In this document: one piece after another, positions 27,777 to 32,000 of the stretch
Numbering within the stretch: position 1 is the first letter of the stretch
Layout of the letters: every line of letters begins with the position of its first letter
Origin: Candidatus Heimdallarchaeota archaeon B3_Heim
Lineage (GTDB): Archaea > Asgardarchaeota > Heimdallarchaeia > Hodarchaeales > Hodarchaeaceae
Direction of reading: 5' to 3'
Assembly: GCA_003144275.1 (NCBI GenBank)
Contig: NJBF01000007.1
Span: 1 to 32,000 of the forward strand
DNA length: 32,000 nucleotides
Notes under the pieces: generated by a model
Seen by the model: only the letters and a program-made list of their open reading frames with translations
Databases searched by the model: none
Told to the model about the DNA's origin: nothing
Position numbers and translations under genes: made by a program

Positions 27777-28385
27777 TTAATTAAAGATCTGTTCAAGAAA
27801 TTTTTTATAATTTTCAGGTTCATTCACAGATGACAGATGATTTTGGAGATACTTAACATCGGTGGGAGTGTCTAAATCTCTTGCGCATGGATCTAAATCT
27901 AATATTTCAAATTCTATATGATTCATTTGTGCAGATTGGACATATCTATTTTTACTCTTCAACCCAAAACTGAATGGAAGTAATTCAGGATGTCTCATAT
28001 AAAGCATAGCAGTCCCCTTTTTCTCTCCTATCCCCGAAATTGAGGGAACTATCAATAATTCTACATTCTGAGCGCGTTTCAATAATACGTGAAGACATTT
28101 GACAGAAAAAAACGGAAGATCTGGCATTATAATAAGTACTGCTTGTGTCGGGGGTAGTTTTTTACTTGCTTGAGAAAGGGCCTTGTTTAAATCTGTGCCT
28201 TCATCAATATAAGTGAAGTCAGCCCCTAGTTCCAAGCTAAGATCTATTATTTCCTGTGATGGGGAAATTACGCCGAAAGATATACCCCTCCTTTGAACGA
28301 CTCTCATTGTCTGCTTGAATATAGCTTTTACTAAGCTTTCAATCGCGTGATTTCGTGTTGAGGCCAGCGTGGATTTAATACGCAT
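27777..28385 (-). CDS. cofC: 2-phospho-L-lactate guanylyltransferase (F420 biosynthesis); true N-terminus seems to extend to ~28442
   Basis: DLNKAL, IIMPDLP, GTAML, FSFGLKS and RDLDTPTD motifs; in-frame upstream VLIPIKE motif; same operon as cofD. Confidence 0.75.
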   Translation of the reverse strand: MRIKSTLASTRNHAIESLVKAIFKQTMRVVQRRGISFGVISPSQEIIDLSLELGADFTYIDEGTDLNKALSQASKKLPPTQAVLIIMPDLPFFSVKCLHVLLKRAQNVELLIVPSISGIGEKKGTAMLYMRHPELLPFSFGLKSKNRYVQSAQMNHIEFEILDLDPCARDLDTPTDVKYLQNHLSSVNEPENYKKFLEQIFN

Positions 28386-28489
28386 TTTTGTTCTTGTAAT
28401 TTCCTTAATGGGAATTAAAACTAAAACATCTGAAGCCGTTTGCTACTCAACACCTATTATCTGTTGATTTGGGAGAATCGAATAGATTC

Positions 28490-29245
28490 CTAAAAATCTT
28501 TTACCAAGGAGCAAAAAAAACTATTGTTCTTTGTTGCAGCTCGAGCTACTGAAAAATAATCGGCACCTGTTTTTAAAATAGCCTCAGCACTCTCTAGGTC
28601 AACTACTGAATTATTACCAATCACTTCAGTTTGGCTGAATCGCACAAAGCTGGTTAGAAGATTTAAATCTGTACCGGCCATTCCAGTTTGATAAGAATCT
28701 ACGTGCAAGTAATCTACTCCCCAATTATTAACCAATTGAGCGAATGAACGGGGATCTACAGTATTCCCACGAATTTTTAAAGAAATAGTAAAATCCTTGG
28801 ATTTAAAAATTGATAGAACGTGAGATAATATTTCAGGCCGATAAATCAAACTTTGGCCTCCTCCGTTTTCTACAAATTCTTGTTGTCTACAATGAGCATT
28901 TACTTCGATAATTGGACTGGAGGAAATTCTTTCTGAGAGCTCTCTAGCAAAAGATTTAGTGTCTTCTGGATCATTTATCCTTACATTTACAATTGTATTA
29001 GATATTGATGTAAGATTTTCTAATTCATGAGCAATGTAATCTGCCTCTTCTCCCAATTGCATCATAAATTCAGTACGTCCCCGTTGAGTTGATTTAACTG
29101 CAGCATTTATCATTTCTTTACCGATTGAATATCCCCCAATTGTCACCTTTCCTAAACAGCCTGTGTCATAAAACCTAGCGGCAAACTCTCCATTTGTAAT
29201 CCCAGCCATTCCTGCTAATATCACTTGTGAAGGGGAAATTTTCAT
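28490..29245 (-). CDS. Archaeal Dus-like TIM-barrel flavoprotein (MJ0144/TIGR00736-like)
   Basis: LAGMAGIT, TIGGYS, EVNAHCRQ, LKIRG, GNNSV and FSVARA motifs. Confidence 0.75.
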   Translation of the reverse strand: MKISPSQVILAGMAGITNGEFAARFYDTGCLGKVTIGGYSIGKEMINAAVKSTQRGRTEFMMQLGEEADYIAHELENLTSISNTIVNVRINDPEDTKSFARELSERISSSPIIEVNAHCRQQEFVENGGGQSLIYRPEILSHVLSIFKSKDFTISLKIRGNTVDPRSFAQLVNNWGVDYLHVDSYQTGMAGTDLNLLTSFVRFSQTEVIGNNSVVDLESAEAILKTGADYFSVARAATKNNSFFCSLVKDF

Positions 29246-29246
29246 T

Positions 29247-30179
29247 CTAAAACTCTTCCAATAAGATGTTTAGAATTTGCTGTGCATCAGTTTGAGTTTT
29301 AATGATAATATTGCCAAATAAGGCTTTAACTCCTAATTTTTGGGTCGCACTTTCAAGATTACGGTCAGATTCATGTAAGAGAATGCCATCTAAAAAGTCG
29401 TGAAAAAGTTTAACGACTACAATCGGAGAAGTTTCATAATTCCATGCATGAAGAAATTTGGCAGTAGGGCCAGAAAGGGCCGCATTTCCAATAATTGGGC
29501 TAATCGCAAATTTTTGGGCTTTTGAGGTTCGGAGGGCATCACGAATAGGGGAGATTGCAACAATTGGTCCTAGGGAAGAAACGGGATTGCTAGGGCCTAA
29601 AATTATGCAATCAGCTGATTCAATTGCAGTAATGACTTCAGAAGTAGTAATGCTCAAATCACCCTCAAAAAAGACATTGAGTACATCTAAATCTCCCTTG
29701 TGTCTTACCCAGTATTCTTGAAGATGTAAAATCTCATTTTCAGTACGAATAATTGTTCTAATTGGCTGGTTAGCCATTGGAAGAATTCTTGATTTGATAT
29801 TCAAACGGTTTGCAAGTTGTTTTGTTGCCTCAGTCAAAGACAAACCTTGGTTTAATAACCACGTCCGAAATAGACATAGACCTGCATCCTGATCTCCAAG
29901 ATTGAACCAAACATCCTCTTTTAAGTTATTTTGTAACATTTTTACCATATTAAATGTATCATTATGAATACCCCACCACTTTGTTGAATCTATCAGGTTT
30001 GCCAAGGTAAATAATATACTGTCAATATCAGGAGAGACATAAAGACCATAATATCGCCAATCATCCCCTGTATTTCCAATAACTGTAATATCTCGAGGAT
30101 CAATAAGAGAATTGATACCTTGTAGTAATTTTGGGGTACCAGTCCCACCTGATAAAAAAACAATCTTTAATGAGCCCAT
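29247..30179 (-). CDS. cofD: 2-phospho-L-lactate transferase (F420 biosynthesis)
   Basis: SGGTGTPKLL, NTGDD, SPDIDS, WFNLGDQD, GPSNPVSS and SPIIG motifs. Confidence 0.93.
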   Translation of the reverse strand: MGSLKIVFLSGGTGTPKLLQGINSLIDPRDITVIGNTGDDWRYYGLYVSPDIDSILFTLANLIDSTKWWGIHNDTFNMVKMLQNNLKEDVWFNLGDQDAGLCLFRTWLLNQGLSLTEATKQLANRLNIKSRILPMANQPIRTIIRTENEILHLQEYWVRHKGDLDVLNVFFEGDLSITTSEVITAIESADCIILGPSNPVSSLGPIVAISPIRDALRTSKAQKFAISPIIGNAALSGPTAKFLHAWNYETSPIVVVKLFHDFLDGILLHESDRNLESATQKLGVKALFGNIIIKTQTDAQQILNILLEEF

Positions 30180-30267
30180 ATTGTCCCACTTTTATCACAA
30201 AGTCTTTACCTCATAAATTCCTAATGACATTTAACTTGATTGTATGAAGTACATTATCTGACCTGTA

Positions 30268-31383
30268 ATGAATCAAACTATTCCAGAATGGGACTTAATA
30301 ATCCTTAGAGAGAATGATAGCTTAAATACACAAGTAGTTTGGCATGCTGCTGCATTAGCTAGAAGTCGGGGGATACAAACTCGTGATCTTATCATTATCG
30401 ATTGGCCCACTGATCCAATCGTGGTATGTGGGTTTCATCAAGTTATTGAGCGTGTGGTTGATATTGATTATTGTAAGAAACATGGAATTCCTATTAGTCG
30501 CCGTGCTTGTGGAGGAGGGGCTGTTCTTTTAGATTCAAATCAGCTTTTTTATAATATCATTTCCCATATTGATTCCACGATTATTCCCAGGAATATAACT
30601 AAGTTCTTCGAAAGAACACTTGAACCAGTGGCTCAAACCTACCGCCATTTCGGTATAGATGCGGAGTACAAACCTGTTAACGATATAATTGTCAATAATC
30701 GTAAAATTTCTGGTAATGGTGCCGGCTTACTTGAAAATGCTCAAATCTTAGTTGGTAATTTTATCTTAGACTTTCCTCGGAAAGAAATGGCCCAAATTTT
30801 AAAAGTTCCCAATGAGAAATTCCGCGATAAAGTAATTAAATCTTTGGAAGCAGGTATTAGCTCATTTCAAGACGAATTAGGATATATTCCCCCTCGTGAT
30901 TCGATCATTAAGGAATATATCAAACAGGTTGAAACAGCTTTTAATATTCGTCTTGTTGAAACTCAGTTTGAACCAGGCACTCTTGAGCTTATAGAGGATC
31001 TTAGAAAAACTTACTTAACCGATGATTGGCTTTACCAAGTGAAGGCCCGAGGAAAACAACTTACTAGTAAAGTAAAGATACACGGATCTGCACATGTGGT
31101 TGAGGGGATGTATAAATCTATGGGCGGGTTAATAACGGTGATTTGTGAGTTTAATGATACTATACTCACAGACATTCTCATTAGTGGTGATTTTTGGATT
31201 CTTCCAGACACGGTTCTGCCCAAGCTTGAAAAATCGTTATTAAATCATGATCTAAAAAAAGGAGATCTTATTGATCAGATTGGTTCTTTCTTGGATGACA
31301 ATGAATGTGAAACTCCCGGTACATCTGCCTCCGATCTGGCTCAGGCTATTCAGAACGCATTTGACAGTATTTCTAAATTATAA
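30268..31383 (+). CDS. lplA: Lipoate-protein ligase A family protein with fused C-terminal domain
   Basis: RRACGGGAVLLD, VNDI, RKISGNG and YKSMGGLI motifs. Confidence 0.85.
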   Translation: MNQTIPEWDLIILRENDSLNTQVVWHAAALARSRGIQTRDLIIIDWPTDPIVVCGFHQVIERVVDIDYCKKHGIPISRRACGGGAVLLDSNQLFYNIISHIDSTIIPRNITKFFERTLEPVAQTYRHFGIDAEYKPVNDIIVNNRKISGNGAGLLENAQILVGNFILDFPRKEMAQILKVPNEKFRDKVIKSLEAGISSFQDELGYIPPRDSIIKEYIKQVETAFNIRLVETQFEPGTLELIEDLRKTYLTDDWLYQVKARGKQLTSKVKIHGSAHVVEGMYKSMGGLITVICEFNDTILTDILISGDFWILPDTVLPKLEKSLLNHDLKKGDLIDQIGSFLDDNECETPGTSASDLAQAIQNAFDSISKL

Positions 31384-31495
31384 AAGTCAATGACTTTTAC
31401 AGATAATTTCATCCGTTTCCTTAAATATCTAAGTTCCATTTCACTCAATAACAAGATTTATCATGTCTATATTGATCATTGAGTGCGTAAGAACC

Positions 31496-32000
31496 ATGAA
31501 ATTTTCCAAGATAAATCCAAATCGTATCGGACACTATTCAGGGAGTGAAAGGTTAGAAGATCCAACCTTAGAGGAGCCTGATGAAGATACAGAGGAAGTT
31601 GCTCATCGTTGGCATGACGATCCTGAAACTAAAAATAAAATGATTAAGGAAATGAACAATAAACTCAAAAAATGGGATCAAGACATATTTGGAAAGTATC
31701 CTCATTCCAAAATGTCGTTTCATTTAGTGGGACAGTCACACATTGATATTGCATGGTTGTGGAGAATTGAACAAACAAGGAAAAAATCAATTGTAACCTT
31801 CAAAAAAGCGGTTTTTCATACTAATCGTTTTCCAAAATCATATTGCTTTGCTCTTAGTGAACCAATTCTACTTGAGTGGATTTTAGAAGATGATCCTGTA
31901 TTGTTCAAAGATATTCAAAGAAGTGTTGAGAAAGGAGGAATAGAATTAGTTGGTGGATCTTACGTCGAACCTGATTGTATGATGCCCTGTGGAGAGGCAA
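31496..32000 (+). CDS. GH38 alpha-mannosidase, N-terminal part (runs off the window; absent from the ORF track)
   Basis: My translation from ATG 31496 is open to the window end and contains HLVGQSHIDIAWLWR and ELVGGSYVEPDCMMPCGEA, the GH38 N-terminal motifs. Confidence 0.88.
   Translation, partial: MKFSKINPNRIGHYSGSERLEDPTLEEPDEDTEEVAHRWHDDPETKNKMIKEMNNKLKKWDQDIFGKYPHSKMSFHLVGQSHIDIAWLWRIEQTRKKSIVTFKKAVFHTNRFPKSYCFALSEPILLEWILEDDPVLFKDIQRSVEKGGIELVGGSYVEPDCMMPCGEA

Noticed and set aside
28443-28445. TAG read-through (pyrrolysine or recoding) at the cofC start
   Set aside because: No in-frame start upstream of the TAG before the preceding gene, no pyl genes in the window, and TAG ends other genes here (e.g. 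14642, 16755, 26073).
1477-31223. About 25 short ORFs in the track that overlap or are antisense to larger genes (e.g. 17221-17760, 24324-24638, 8389-8673)
   Set aside because: Shadow ORFs of well-supported genes, with no motifs of their own.

Overview
Bases ~1077-32000 are AT-rich (about 30-35% GC by eye) and look archaeal, probably Asgard/Heimdallarchaeia (inferred from gene content and BRE/TATA-like motifs; not verified). Bases 1-~1097 are a GC-richer, bacterial-type PcrA/UvrD fragment. It joins a truncated gmhA on the opposite strand through a ~22-bp segment that reads as native in both genes, most likely an assembly chimera. The archaeal part is mostly a ~22-kb surface-glycosylation locus: gmhA and hddA (heptose), a membrane-anchored surface protein, a Wzx flippase and several glycosyltransferases. 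It also holds a nonulosonic-acid (legionaminic-acid-like) pathway: dehydratase, aminotransferase, acyltransferase, NeuC, two NeuB paralogues, cytidylyltransferase, two oxidoreductases and an amidotransferase. After it come an IS607-type tnpB element without tnpA, manC, a lone response regulator, a cofD / Dus-like / cofC F420 operon, lplA and the start of a GH38 alpha-mannosidase. The most striking unexplained structure is a tandem second copy of the tnpB 3' end and right end (predicted omegaRNA scaffold). It is diverged but keeps a hairpin by compensatory change, follows a 34-bp spacer containing a TATA-like box, and would carry a different guide that overlaps the start codon of the neighbouring glycosylation gene.
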